Assembly (NCBI GenBank): GCA_944393375.1
Contig: CALXZX010000005.1
Span: 1,293-65,292, forward strand
Direction: 5' to 3'
DNA from: an uncultured Clostridia bacterium
GTDB taxonomy: Bacteria; Bacillota; Clostridia; TANB77; CAG-508
DNA: 64,000 nucleotides
Shown here: positions 1 through 9,854 of the stretch, in pieces
Numbering within the stretch: position 1 is the first letter of the stretch
How the letters are laid out: each line of letters opens with the position of its first letter
Notes under the pieces: model-generated
Databases searched by the model: none
What the model was told of the DNA's origin: nothing
What the model saw: the letters and a program-made list of their open reading frames with translations, nothing else
Translations under genes and position numbers: made by a program

Positions 1-6
1 AGTGAA

Positions 7-30
7 GTGGAGAGAAGTGGTACAAAGTGG
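7..30 (+). promoter_or_regulatory. MraZ-binding repeats (3x GTGG at 10-bp period)
   Basis: GTGG at 7-10, 17-20 and 27-30 just upstream of mraZ; same layout as the B. subtilis mraZ operator. Confidence 0.75.
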
Positions 31-58
31 TGGAAAAAGGAAATGAGGTGGAAGACCA

Positions 59-484
59 TTGCTAATTGGTGAATATGAGCATTCTCTAGACGCTAAAGGC
101 AGACTGATAATGCCAGTTAAATTAAGACAAGATATGGGAGAAAAGTTCATCATAACAAAAGGGTTAGATGGATGTTTATTTGCTTTTTCACAAGAAGAAT
201 GGTTGAACTTTGAAACAAAATTAAAGTTGTTGCCTCTTTCTGACAAAAATGCCAGAAACTTTGTAAGATTTTTCTTATCAGGTGCAACAGAATGTGAGAT
301 AGACAAACAAGGAAGATTTTTAATACCAAATAATTTAAGAAATGCAGCAAATCTAGCAAAAGAAGTAGTTATCATTGGTGTTGGGACAAGACTAGAAATA
401 TGGGATAAAGGTATTTGGCAAAAATGTGATGAAGACATATCAGCAGATGAAATTGCTGAAAATATGGCGAACTTAGGTATATAA
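59..484 (+). CDS. mraZ: division/cell wall cluster transcriptional repressor MraZ
   Basis: [16 protein letters not shown] and DKQGRFLIP motifs; 141 aa; first gene of dcw; TTG start with GAGGTG SD. Confidence 0.97.
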   Translation: MLIGEYEHSLDAKGRLIMPVKLRQDMGEKFIITKGLDGCLFAFSQEEWLNFETKLKLLPLSDKNARNFVRFFLSGATECEIDKQGRFLIPNNLRNAANLAKEVVIIGVGTRLEIWDKGIWQKCDEDISADEIAENMANLGI

Positions 485-505
485 CTTGAAAAAGTTTATA
501 TAGAT

Positions 506-740
506 ACAAAAGACAAATATACAAAAGATAAATGAAAGAATTCACAAAAGATAAAAAACAAAAGAAAAATGTACAAAAGATAAAAATACAAAAGCTTTAA
601 AAAATACAAAAGATAAATTTTTTAAAGTACAAAAGATTCTAAAATACGAATCATAAAATAGAAAGAAACGAAAGCTCAAATATACAAAAGAATTCATAAA
701 CAATTTGAAACCCAAAAGAAAAACGACAATATACAAAGAT
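506..740 (+). repeat. irregular array of ACAAAAG(ATA) heptamers
   Basis: Exact ACAAAAG at 506, 521, 544, 558, 573, 588, 606, 629 and 684, plus variants near 712 and 733. Confidence 0.85.
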
Positions 741-743
741 AAA

Positions 744-775
744 GACAACTGGTAGTTTTCTAATTACCAGTTGTT
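744..775. terminator. hairpin / possible intrinsic terminator
   Basis: ACAACTGGTA (745-754) and TACCAGTTGT (765-774) form a perfect inverted repeat. Confidence 0.55.
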
Positions 776-805
776 TAAGCATAATAAAAAATAAGAGGTG
801 TAAAA

Positions 806-1735
806 TTGAAATTTGAACATAAACCAGTCTTGCTACAAGAATGTATAGAGGGATTACAGATTAAACCAGATGGAATATATGTAGATGGCACAATGGGAGG
901 AGCAGGACATAGTATAGAAATTGTAAAAAGATTATCAAATAAAGGAAAACTAATTGGCATTGATAGAGATGAAGAAGCTTTAAAAGCTTCAAAAGAAAGG
1001 CTATCAGAATATAAAAATGTAACATATATCCATGATAATCATGATAATATGAAAGAAATATTACAAAAACTTGGAATGAATCAGGTAGATGGAATTTTAC
1101 TAGATTTAGGTGTTTCTTCTTATCAATTAGATGAAAGAAATAGAGGCTTTAGTTATCTAGGGGAAAATGAACTAGATATGAGAATGGATAAAAGTCAAGA
1201 GCTAACAGCCAAAAGAGTCGTCAATTACTATTCTGAAAAAGAGTTAGCAAATATCATTTATGAATATGGGGAAGAACGATTCTCAAGACAGATTGCTAAA
1301 AATATTTGTAATTACAGGAAAGAAAAGACGATTACAACAACAAAACAATTAGTAGATATTATTGAAAAATCTATTCCTAAATCAAAACAAAATGATGGAC
1401 ATCCAGCCAAAAGGACATTTCAAGCAATTAGAATAGAAGTAAATAATGAAATTAAACCATTATATAACACAGTAAAAGATTGTATTGATTGTTTAAAACC
1501 ACAAGGAAGATTATGTATTATTACATTTCATTCCTTAGAAGATAGGGCAGTCAAAAATGCTTACATAGAAGCAAAAGGAAAATGCACTTGCCCAAGTGAT
1601 TTACCATATTGTGTATGTGGAGCAAAAACATTAGGAAAAATCATTACGAAAAAACCAATCATTGCAACCAAAGAAGAACAAGAAGAAAATTCTAGAAGTA
1701 AAAGTGCAAAATTAAGAATTTTTGAGAAGATATAA
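806..1735 (+). CDS. rsmH: 16S rRNA m4C1402 methyltransferase RsmH (MraW)
   Basis: [47 protein letters not shown] motifs. Confidence 0.98.
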   Translation: MKFEHKPVLLQECIEGLQIKPDGIYVDGTMGGAGHSIEIVKRLSNKGKLIGIDRDEEALKASKERLSEYKNVTYIHDNHDNMKEILQKLGMNQVDGILLDLGVSSYQLDERNRGFSYLGENELDMRMDKSQELTAKRVVNYYSEKELANIIYEYGEERFSRQIAKNICNYRKEKTITTTKQLVDIIEKSIPKSKQNDGHPAKRTFQAIRIEVNNEIKPLYNTVKDCIDCLKPQGRLCIITFHSLEDRAVKNAYIEAKGKCTCPSDLPYCVCGAKTLGKIITKKPIIATKEEQEENSRSKSAKLRIFEKI

Positions 1736-1771
1736 GAAATAAACAAAAGTAAAGAGGAGGTGAGATAACCT

Positions 1772-2272
1772 ATGGCAACAAGATATCAATATGAGACAAG
1801 TCCAAGAAAGTTAGAACCAGATATTAAAAAAGAAAAGAAAAGACAAAATATTAAAGTTGTAAAAGACTTGCCAAAACAAGATGTCAAACTATCAAAAGAA
1901 CAAAAGAAGAAACATAGAAAAGCAACTTTACTAGTAATGGCTATATTTGCTATATTATTTACCATAAGTTATCGAAATACTCAAATTAATGAAAAGTTTA
2001 ATGAGATACAGAATTTAAGAACAGAGTTATCTTCTTTACAAAAAGAAAATGAACAATTGCAAGTAACGATAGAAAACAGTTTAAATTTAAGTAATATAGA
2101 AAAACAAGCAAAAGAAAAATTAGGTATGCAAAAATTAACCAATAAACAAACTGTATATGTAAGTTTACCAAAGAAAGATTATATAGAATCTGCAACAGAA
2201 AAAGTAGAGATTAGTGATAATAATAACCAAAATTGGTTTGAAAAATTAGTAGATAAGATTTTTAATAGATAA
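1772..2272 (+). CDS. ftsL: cell division protein FtsL-like (septum formation initiator)
   Basis: Single TM followed by a coiled coil (LRTELSSLQKENEQL...IEKQAKEKLGM); position after rsmH. Confidence 0.75.
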   Translation: MATRYQYETSPRKLEPDIKKEKKRQNIKVVKDLPKQDVKLSKEQKKKHRKATLLVMAIFAILFTISYRNTQINEKFNEIQNLRTELSSLQKENEQLQVTIENSLNLSNIEKQAKEKLGMQKLTNKQTVYVSLPKKDYIESATEKVEISDNNNQNWFEKLVDKIFNR

Positions 2273-2334
2273 TTGTAATAAAAAGCAGTTATCTATTTTT
2301 ATTTATTTTAAATATTTCTTGCAGGCATAAAAAT

Positions 2335-2367
2335 AAACACCTCTAATACATATTATTAGAGGTGTTT
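2335..2367 (+). promoter_or_regulatory. 14-bp hairpin covering the SD of the PBP gene
   Basis: AAACACCTCTAATA / TATTAGAGGTGTTT perfect stem with CATAT loop; right arm contains GAGGTG 5 nt before the ATG. Confidence 0.6.
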
Positions 2368-2369
2368 TT

Positions 2370-4361
2370 ATGAATGAAATCAAACTATCAAGCAAGAAAA
2401 AAATGAGGAACGTTCTATTTATATCTTTTTTAATCATCATATGTTTAATTGTGAGAATTGGATATATACAATTAATACAAGGAAAAGAATTGGCTGAACT
2501 TGCCTATGAACAACAAACGTTAGATAGAAAGATTAATCCTAAAAGAGGAACCATTTATGATGCAACAGGTAAAAATATATTAGCCGTTAGTAGTACAGTA
2601 GAAACAGTTACAGTTAATCCAAGTAATATTTCTGCTGAAAATAAAGAAAAAGTTGCTAAAGCTTTGTCTGATATATTTGAACTGGATTATGAAACTGTAT
2701 TAAAAAAAGTAAAGAAAAGAAGTTCTATTGAAACAATTGTAAAAAAGGTCGAAAAAGAAAAAACAGATGAATTAAGAAAATGGATAGAAGAAAATAATAT
2801 TACAAGTGGGATTAATATTGATGAAGATACCAAAAGATATTATCCATATAACAATTTTGCGTCACAAATCATTGGATTTTGTGGAAGTGATAATCAAGGA
2901 TTAGATGGAATAGAAGCAAAATATGAAGAAGAATTAAAAGGAGAGCAAGGAGCAATACAAAAACATACAGACGCGAAAGGTGGAGAAATTGGAGAAGAAG
3001 GAGAAAACTATATACCTGCAGTAGATGGAAATGATTTAGTATTAACCATTGATTTAACCATTCAATCCATAGTAGAAAAATATTTAGAGGAAGCTTGTAT
3101 AGATAATGTTTGTACTGATGGTGGAAGTATTATTGTTATGAATCCACAAAATGGAGATATTTTGGCCATGGCAAATTATCCAAATTATAACTTAAATGAG
3201 CCATATGAACCATATACAGAAGAATTAAAAGCAACATGGGATTCTTTAGAACAAGCAGAAAAAACGACATATTTACAAGCAGTGTGGAGAAATAAAGCGA
3301 TTGCAGATACATATGAACCAGGTTCTGTGTTTAAGTTAATTACAGCCTCAGCAGCACTAGAAGAAGGAATTACAGATACAGATAATGAAGGAGAATTTTC
3401 TTGTACAGGTGGAATTGAAGTAGCAGGGGTTAGAATAAAATGTTGGAGATATTATAGACCACATGGTTCAGAAAGTTTGAGGCAAGCTTTGATGAATTCT
3501 TGTAATCCTGTTTTCATAGGATTAGGACAAAAAATAGGTGTGACAAAATATTATGAATATTTGGAAAAATTCAAATTATTACAGACAACGGGAATTGATT
3601 TACCAGGGGAAGCAGGAAGTATTTTTTTGGCTAAGGAAAAGGCTGGACCAGTAGAATTAGCAACTATTAGCTTTGGTCAAAGATTTGAAATTACACCTAT
3701 ACAACTAGCAACAGCAGTATCAAGTATTGCCAATGGAGGAACCAGTATAAAGCCAAGAGTGGTAAAACAAATTATTGATAGTGAAACAAAAGAAGTAACA
3801 GATATTCCAATAAAAAAAGGAGATACCGTTATTTCAAAAGAAACTTCTGAAAAAGTATTAAGTATGATGGAAAGTGTTGTATCAGAGGGAACTGGTAAAA
3901 ATGCAAAAGTAGTAGGATATAGAATTGGAGGAAAAACGGGAACTTCAGAAGATGGTGTAAATACCAATAAATATGTAACATCTTTTTGTGGAGTGGCACC
4001 AATTGATAATCCACAAGTGGTAGTATTAGTTACTTTATATAATCCAACAGGTGAAGGGGGACATCAAGGAGGAGGTGTAGCAGCACCTGTAGGTGGGCAG
4101 ATATTTAGTGAAATATTGCCATATTTAGAAGTGAATAAACAAGTATTAGAAGATGGTGAAGAAGAAGTTATTAATCAAATCCAGGTACCAGACGTGATGG
4201 GAAAAACATTAGAAGAAGCAAAACAGATTTTAAAAGAGAATAACTTAGAAATGTATTTAGAAAATGAAGAAGTAGATATGGAAAATACCTATGTAAAAAA
4301 TCAAATTCCAAGTTCAGGAATTACTGTTAATGAACAAAGTAAAGTCGTTGTGGAATATTAA
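2370..4361 (+). CDS. class B penicillin-binding protein (SpoVD/FtsI family), one PASTA domain
   Basis: RGTIYD dimerisation domain, SVFK (SxxK), SCN (SxN), KTG and C-terminal PASTA; position after ftsL. Confidence 0.92.
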   Translation: MNEIKLSSKKKMRNVLFISFLIIICLIVRIGYIQLIQGKELAELAYEQQTLDRKINPKRGTIYDATGKNILAVSSTVETVTVNPSNISAENKEKVAKALSDIFELDYETVLKKVKKRSSIETIVKKVEKEKTDELRKWIEENNITSGINIDEDTKRYYPYNNFASQIIGFCGSDNQGLDGIEAKYEEELKGEQGAIQKHTDAKGGEIGEEGENYIPAVDGNDLVLTIDLTIQSIVEKYLEEACIDNVCTDGGSIIVMNPQNGDILAMANYPNYNLNEPYEPYTEELKATWDSLEQAEKTTYLQAVWRNKAIADTYEPGSVFKLITASAALEEGITDTDNEGEFSCTGGIEVAGVRIKCWRYYRPHGSESLRQALMNSCNPVFIGLGQKIGVTKYYEYLEKFKLLQTTGIDLPGEAGSIFLAKEKAGPVELATISFGQRFEITPIQLATAVSSIANGGTSIKPRVVKQIIDSETKEVTDIPIKKGDTVISKETSEKVLSMMESVVSEGTGKNAKVVGYRIGGKTGTSEDGVNTNKYVTSFCGVAPIDNPQVVVLVTLYNPTGEGGHQGGGVAAPVGGQIFSEILPYLEVNKQVLEDGEEEVINQIQVPDVMGKTLEEAKQILKENNLEMYLENEEVDMENTYVKNQIPSSGITVNEQSKVVVEY

Positions 4362-4633
4362 ATGAATAAGAATAAGCAGAAGAAATTTCTTTATTTTGAT
4401 TGCTAAAGATAGGATACCTGATTACAGTTTTTAATTGCTATTTCAGGTGTCCATATTTTGTGCCTTCAAATTGATAAAATATTTAAAGAATATATATTGT
4501 TAGTGATATAGAAAAGGAAAAAATTGACTATACAAAATTTAAGATATTGAGTATAAAAATATTGTAAAAAAATATAGAATCATATATAATAAAAAAGATA
4601 AATATAATTAACAAAAGAAAGGAAGGAAAAACA

Positions 4634-7600
4634 TTGAAAGTGAAATTAAAAAACAAAAGCAAAGTCATTATTAGTATCATTTTCGTAGTGATATTAGTAG
4701 TAGGAATATTATCAATGTATTTAAAAAGTAATACAGAAATTATATCTTTAGCAGGAAATTGGTTAAATGCAATGAATGCTAATGTGGAACAAAGAATAGT
4801 AGGAAGTGGATTAGAATCAGCATATATTGAATGGGAAAGTGTTGATGGAGCGACAGGATATAATGTATATATATGTGATGAAGCATCTGGTAACTATGAG
4901 CAACTAGATAATGAATTAATAAGAAGATATAAAGATGGAACAGCTTCTTATTGGAGAGCTGATGCTGTTGGTTTAAAAGCAGGAAAATATCATTTTAGAA
5001 TCGTACCAATCATAAATAATCAAAATGATAGTAGTAAACAATTTGATTCTGATGTTATAAATGTACAAGCACATGATAGAACAGGATTTGCATGGGTAGA
5101 TGGAGAAACAACAGGTGCATATAATATAGATGGTACATTAAAAGAAAATGCCAATATTATATATGTTACAGAAGAAACTAAAGATACCGTTTCTTTAGAA
5201 GTGCAAACAAGTTCAAATGGGAAAACAGAAACAGCACAAGGATTACAAAATATATTGGATTTATATAAAAAAGGATATGATAACACACCACTGGTTATCA
5301 GATTTATTGGTAAAGTAACAGATCCAAGTGCATTAGATGGTGGCGATATCGTAATTAGTGGAAGTGGTTCAGACAAAAGAATTAATTGTGGAATTACATT
5401 AGAAGGGATTGGAGAAGATGCCACTTTATATGGATATGGTATCAGAATCAAAAATGCAACAAATGTAGAAATTAGAAATATAGCTGTCATGTTAACAGAT
5501 AGCTCAGAAGGCGATAATGTCGGATTACAACAAGAAAATGACCATATATGGGTTCATAATTGTGATTTCTTTTATGGAGAAGCAGGTAGTGATTCAGACC
5601 AAGCAAAAGGGGACGGCGCATTAGATTGTAAAAAATCAACTTATGTAACATTTTCATATAATCATTTTTGGGATTCAGGAAAGAGTAACCTTTTAGGATT
5701 AAGTGAAAATACAACAGATGGATTATATATTACATATCATCATAATTGGTATGACCATTCTGATTCAAGACATCCAAGAATTAGATTTTATTCTGCACAT
5801 GTATATAATAATTATTATGATGGAAACTCAAAATATGGTGTAGGAGCATGTTTAGGTTCATCTGTTTTAGTAGAAGGAAATTACTTTAGAAATTGTAAAA
5901 AACCAATGATGATATCAATGCAAGGTTCTGACACAAGTGGAACATTTTCTAAAGAAGATGGAGGAATGATAAAAGCATATAACAATTATATGATAGGACA
6001 AGATTCCTATATTCCATATTCACAAGATAATGAAAGTTTTGATGCCTATGAAGTAGCAAGCATAGATGAAACAGTACCAAGTTCAGTAAAATCATTACAA
6101 GGAGAAAATACATATAATAATTTTGATACATCAAGTATTATGTACGAATATGAAGCAGATAGCCCAGAAGTAGCAAAACAAAAAGTAGAAACATATGCTG
6201 GTCGTTTAAATGGTGGAGATTTTAAATGGGAATTTAATGATTCTGAAGATGATGAATCAGATAAATTAAATACAGAACTAAAACAAGCTTTAGAAAATTA
6301 TGAAACCAATTTATTATCAGTAGGTGGAAATTCTATAGATTCACCAGAACAACCAGAACCAGAACCTGAACCTGAACCAGAAGAAGTTCCAGTAGAAGGT
6401 GTTACACTAAATATACAAAATGTTACATTAAAAATTGGAGAATCAACAACTTTAGAAGCAAGCATAACACCAGATAATGCAACAAATAAGAATGTAACAT
6501 GGAGTTCAGAAGATAGTGATATAGCAAGTGTGGATAAAGATGGAGAAGTAACAGCAAAAGGAGAAGGAAAAACAACAATAACCGTTACTACAGAAGATGG
6601 AGAAAAAACAGCAACATGTGAGGTTACAGTTATAGAAGAACAAAAACCAGAACCAGAACCTGAACCAGAGCCAGATCCAGAACCTGAAGAAATTCCAGTA
6701 GAAGGGATTTCACTAAATATACAAAATGTAACTTTGAATATCGGAGAAACAACAACATTAGAAGCAACAATAACACCAGAAAATGCGACAAACAAAAATG
6801 TAACATGGACTTCAGAGAATAATGATATAGCAAGTGTAGATAATGGAGTAGTAACAGCTATAAGCGAAGGAACAACCAATATAATAGTAACAACAGATGA
6901 TGGTGGAAAAAAGGCAACATGTAGTGTTACAGTGCTTCCAAATGAAGAACCAGAGCCTGAACCAGAAGTTATTCCAGTAGAAAATGTGGTATTAAATCAA
7001 AATAGTGTAACTTTAAACATTGGAGAAACAACAACATTAAAAGCAACAATAACACCAGATAATGCGACAAATAAAAATGTAACTTGGACTTCTGACAATG
7101 AAGATATAGCAAGTGTAAACAATGGAATTGTAACTGCAATAGGACCAGGAAAAACAACCATAACGGTAACTACACAAGATGGCCAAAAAACTGCAGAATG
7201 TACGATTACAGTAATAGAACCAGAGCCAGAAGAAATTCACGTAGAAAAAGTAGATTTAAATATGCAAAACATTTCTTTAGAAATTGGAGAAACGGCAACA
7301 TTAGTAGCAGTTATCACACCAAATGATGCAACAAATAAAAATGTAACATGGACATCTGAAGATGAAAATATAGCAAGTGTAAATAATGGGATTGTAACAG
7401 CAATAGGACCAGGAGAAACAACGATAACCGTAACGACAGAAGATGGAGAAAAAACAGCAACATGTAAAATTACGGTTACTGAAGAAGAAGAAGAACTTGT
7501 ATCAACTATTTCTTATGATTATACAGAACTAACCAATCAAAATGTTACAGCAACTATTACATTTAATAGAGATGATGTAACCATAACCAATAATGATGGA

Positions 7601-8137
7601 AGTAATGAATATGTTTTTGAAGAAAATGGGACATTTACATTTGAATATATAGATAGTGAAGGAAATCGCTCTCAAAATATAGCTAGAGTTACTTGGATAG
7701 ATAAAGAAGGACCACAAATTAATATCAATTATGAAACGATAAATAATGGAAAAGTAGTACAAGTAACCATACAAGCAAATGAAGAATTAAAACCATTAGA
7801 AGGATGGACATTATCAGAAGATAGATTGTCAATTAGTAAGACATTTGATGAAAACCAAACAGAAACTATCCAATTAAGTGATTTAGCAGGAAATATCGTT
7901 GAAGCAACTATAAATGTACAAAATATAGAACAACCAGGAGATGAAAATCAAAATAATAATAGTACAACAAATACCATTACAGGGAATACAAATAACTATA
8001 AAGATGATACAGTAGCAAATACTATTTTACCAAGTGCAGGACTTTCAATGATTATAAAAGCTCTTATTGGAATCGTATTATTGGGAAGTATTGGATTTTA
8101 TATCCGTTATAGATATCTGAAAAATATAATAAGATAA
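4634..8137 (+). CDS. cell-surface pectate lyase (PL1-like) with four Ig-like (Big_2) repeats and LPxAG sorting signal
   Basis: N-terminal TM/signal; IWVHNCDF, DGALDCKK, VTFSYNHFW, ITYHHNWY, SRHPRIRF, HVYNNYY beta-helix motifs; four VTWTS..IASV repeats; LPSAG at 8027-8041, then a hydrophobic segment and basic tail. Confidence 0.88.
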   Translation: MKVKLKNKSKVIISIIFVVILVVGILSMYLKSNTEIISLAGNWLNAMNANVEQRIVGSGLESAYIEWESVDGATGYNVYICDEASGNYEQLDNELIRRYKDGTASYWRADAVGLKAGKYHFRIVPIINNQNDSSKQFDSDVINVQAHDRTGFAWVDGETTGAYNIDGTLKENANIIYVTEETKDTVSLEVQTSSNGKTETAQGLQNILDLYKKGYDNTPLVIRFIGKVTDPSALDGGDIVISGSGSDKRINCGITLEGIGEDATLYGYGIRIKNATNVEIRNIAVMLTDSSEGDNVGLQQENDHIWVHNCDFFYGEAGSDSDQAKGDGALDCKKSTYVTFSYNHFWDSGKSNLLGLSENTTDGLYITYHHNWYDHSDSRHPRIRFYSAHVYNNYYDGNSKYGVGACLGSSVLVEGNYFRNCKKPMMISMQGSDTSGTFSKEDGGMIKAYNNYMIGQDSYIPYSQDNESFDAYEVASIDETVPSSVKSLQGENTYNNFDTSSIMYEYEADSPEVAKQKVETYAGRLNGGDFKWEFNDSEDDESDKLNTELKQALENYETNLLSVGGNSIDSPEQPEPEPEPEPEEVPVEGVTLNIQNVTLKIGESTTLEASITPDNATNKNVTWSSEDSDIASVDKDGEVTAKGEGKTTITVTTEDGEKTATCEVTVIEEQKPEPEPEPEPDPEPEEIPVEGISLNIQNVTLNIGETTTLEATITPENATNKNVTWTSENNDIASVDNGVVTAISEGTTNIIVTTDDGGKKATCSVTVLPNEEPEPEPEVIPVENVVLNQNSVTLNIGETTTLKATITPDNATNKNVTWTSDNEDIASVNNGIVTAIGPGKTTITVTTQDGQKTAECTITVIEPEPEEIHVEKVDLNMQNISLEIGETATLVAVITPNDATNKNVTWTSEDENIASVNNGIVTAIGPGETTITVTTEDGEKTATCKITVTEEEEELVSTISYDYTELTNQNVTATITFNRDDVTITNNDGSNEYVFEENGTFTFEYIDSEGNRSQNIARVTWIDKEGPQININYETINNGKVVQVTIQANEELKPLEGWTLSEDRLSISKTFDENQTETIQLSDLAGNIVEATINVQNIEQPGDENQNNNSTTNTITGNTNNYKDDTVANTILPSAGLSMIIKALIGIVLLGSIGFYIRYRYLKNIIR
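6346..7500 (+). repeat. four tandem Big_2 domain repeats with (PE)n linkers
   Basis: Repeated DNA units such as ACAAATAAAAATGTAACATGGAC and CCAGAACC linkers inside the pectate lyase CDS; boundaries approximate. Confidence 0.85.
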
Positions 8138-8143
8138 TAAACT

Positions 8144-8177
8144 AGCAACATAAAAATATTTTATTTTTTATGTTGCT
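8144..8177 (+). terminator. intrinsic terminator
   Basis: AGCAACATAAAAA...TTTTTATGTTGCT hairpin just after the pectate lyase stop. Confidence 0.65.
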
Positions 8178-8334
8178 TAATTTTTATATAAAAAATGGAT
8201 TGAAATTATCAATTTTTAAAGGTAAAAAAATATAAAAACTCTATACAAAAAATAAATTTCGTTATATAATATGAGGGATTAAATGGAATAATTTGCATAT
8301 AATTAAGTATTCATAATCGAAAGGATTGAAAGAA

Positions 8335-9831
8335 ATGAATTTGAAACAAATATTAGTGGGATTAGAAAATTTAAAAATAAAAGGAGAACTAGATATTGAA
8401 ATATCTGGAATTCAAAATAATTCAAAAAATGTAAATAAAGGAGACTTATTTGTAGCCATACAAGGTTTTTCAACAGATGGTCATCAATATGTGGAAAATG
8501 CGATAGAAAATGGTGCAGTAGCCATCATGATACAAGAAGGTTGTAATCTAAAAGGAGCAAACATACCAGACAATGTAACGGTTATCATGGCAAAAGATAC
8601 AAGAGAGGGATTAGCGATTGTATCAGATAATTTTTATAATCATCCATCAAGAAAATTTAAATTAATTGGTGTTACAGGAACAAAAGGAAAAACAACAACA
8701 ACTTTTATGATAAAAGAAATATTTGAAAAAGCAGGAAAAAAAGTAGGGTTAATTGGAACAATTGCAACATATATTAATGGAAAAAAAGTAAAAGATAGTG
8801 ATAGAACAACACCAGAAAGTTTAGAATTACAACAAACATTTGATGAAATGGTAAAACAAGGTGTTGAAGTGGTTGTTATGGAAGTTTCATCACAAAGTTT
8901 AAAATTAAACAGAGTAGAAGGATGTAATTTTGATATTGTTGTATTTACAAACTTTTCAGAAGACCATATCAGTCCAAAAGAACACCCAGACATGGAGGAT
9001 TATTTTAATTCAAAATTAAAGCTATTTAAAATGTGTAGAACAGGAATCACAAATGCAGATGATTTACATGGAGCAAAAATACCAAGATTATTCCCAGATA
9101 GTAATATCACAACATATGGAATTGATAATTATGCAAATCTTTTAGCAAAAGATATCACCATTACAAATTCTTATGTAGATTTTAAAGTAAAATTAAAAGA
9201 TAAAAATGAAAGAGTAAAAACAGGAATACCTGGAAGGTTTAGTGTATATAATTCATTAGCGGCTATTTGTGTTGCACAAAAATTTGGAATTGCTCCTGAG
9301 CCTATAAAAGAAGCTTTGGCAGAGGTAAGAGTACCAGGAAGATCTGAATTAGTGGATAATAAAAGAGAAATACCAATTATGATAGATTATGCACATTCAC
9401 CAGAAAGTCTAGAAAATATATTACAAGCAACAAAAAGTTATACAAGAGGAAAAGTCATATCTGTATTTGGTTGTGGTGGAGATAGAGATGCTGGTAAAAG
9501 ACCAATTATGGGAGAGATATCAGGAAGAATTGCAGACTTTACAATTATTACATCTGATAATCCAAGAACAGAAGACCCTAAAAAAATAGTAGACCAAATA
9601 GAAGAAGGCATGAAAAAAACAAATGGAAAATACAAAGTGATTGTGGATAGAACAGAAGCCATAAAAGAAGCTATCAAAATGGCAACAAAACGTGACATTG
9701 TTATTTTAGCAGGAAAAGGACATGAGCCATATCAAGAAATTAATGGAGAAAAATATCCATTTGATGAGAGAGTGATTGTTAGAGATATCATAGATGAATT
9801 AGAAAATGGAACAAAGAATAAGAAAAAATAA
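8335..9831 (+). CDS. murE: UDP-N-acetylmuramoyl-L-alanyl-D-glutamate--2,6-diaminopimelate ligase
   Basis: GVTGTKGKTTT, TTPES, MEVSSQ, DYAHSP, FGCGGDRD, SDNPR, AGKGHE motifs; ATG at 8335 preferred over TTG at 8326 on SD spacing. Confidence 0.97.
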   Translation: MNLKQILVGLENLKIKGELDIEISGIQNNSKNVNKGDLFVAIQGFSTDGHQYVENAIENGAVAIMIQEGCNLKGANIPDNVTVIMAKDTREGLAIVSDNFYNHPSRKFKLIGVTGTKGKTTTTFMIKEIFEKAGKKVGLIGTIATYINGKKVKDSDRTTPESLELQQTFDEMVKQGVEVVVMEVSSQSLKLNRVEGCNFDIVVFTNFSEDHISPKEHPDMEDYFNSKLKLFKMCRTGITNADDLHGAKIPRLFPDSNITTYGIDNYANLLAKDITITNSYVDFKVKLKDKNERVKTGIPGRFSVYNSLAAICVAQKFGIAPEPIKEALAEVRVPGRSELVDNKREIPIMIDYAHSPESLENILQATKSYTRGKVISVFGCGGDRDAGKRPIMGEISGRIADFTIITSDNPRTEDPKKIVDQIEEGMKKTNGKYKVIVDRTEAIKEAIKMATKRDIVILAGKGHEPYQEINGEKYPFDERVIVRDIIDELENGTKNKKK

Positions 9832-9854
9832 AACGAAAGAAAGGTTGGATTAAA

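Noticed and set aside
506-740. ACAAAAG array as a CRISPR array, or the 542-748 minus ORF as a gene
   Set aside because: The repeat is only 7-11 nt, spacing is irregular and there are no cas genes; the Phe-rich ORF merely reflects the repeat.
806-1735. AGG codons as frameshift sites analogous to CGG
   Set aside because: Several in-frame AGG codons (for example in rsmH) lie in uninterrupted conserved reading frames.
4412-4452. GGATACCTGA/TCAGGTGTCC hairpin as a REP family member
   Set aside because: There is no GGGAC core and it is single-copy; it is more likely an ordinary terminator or processing stem.
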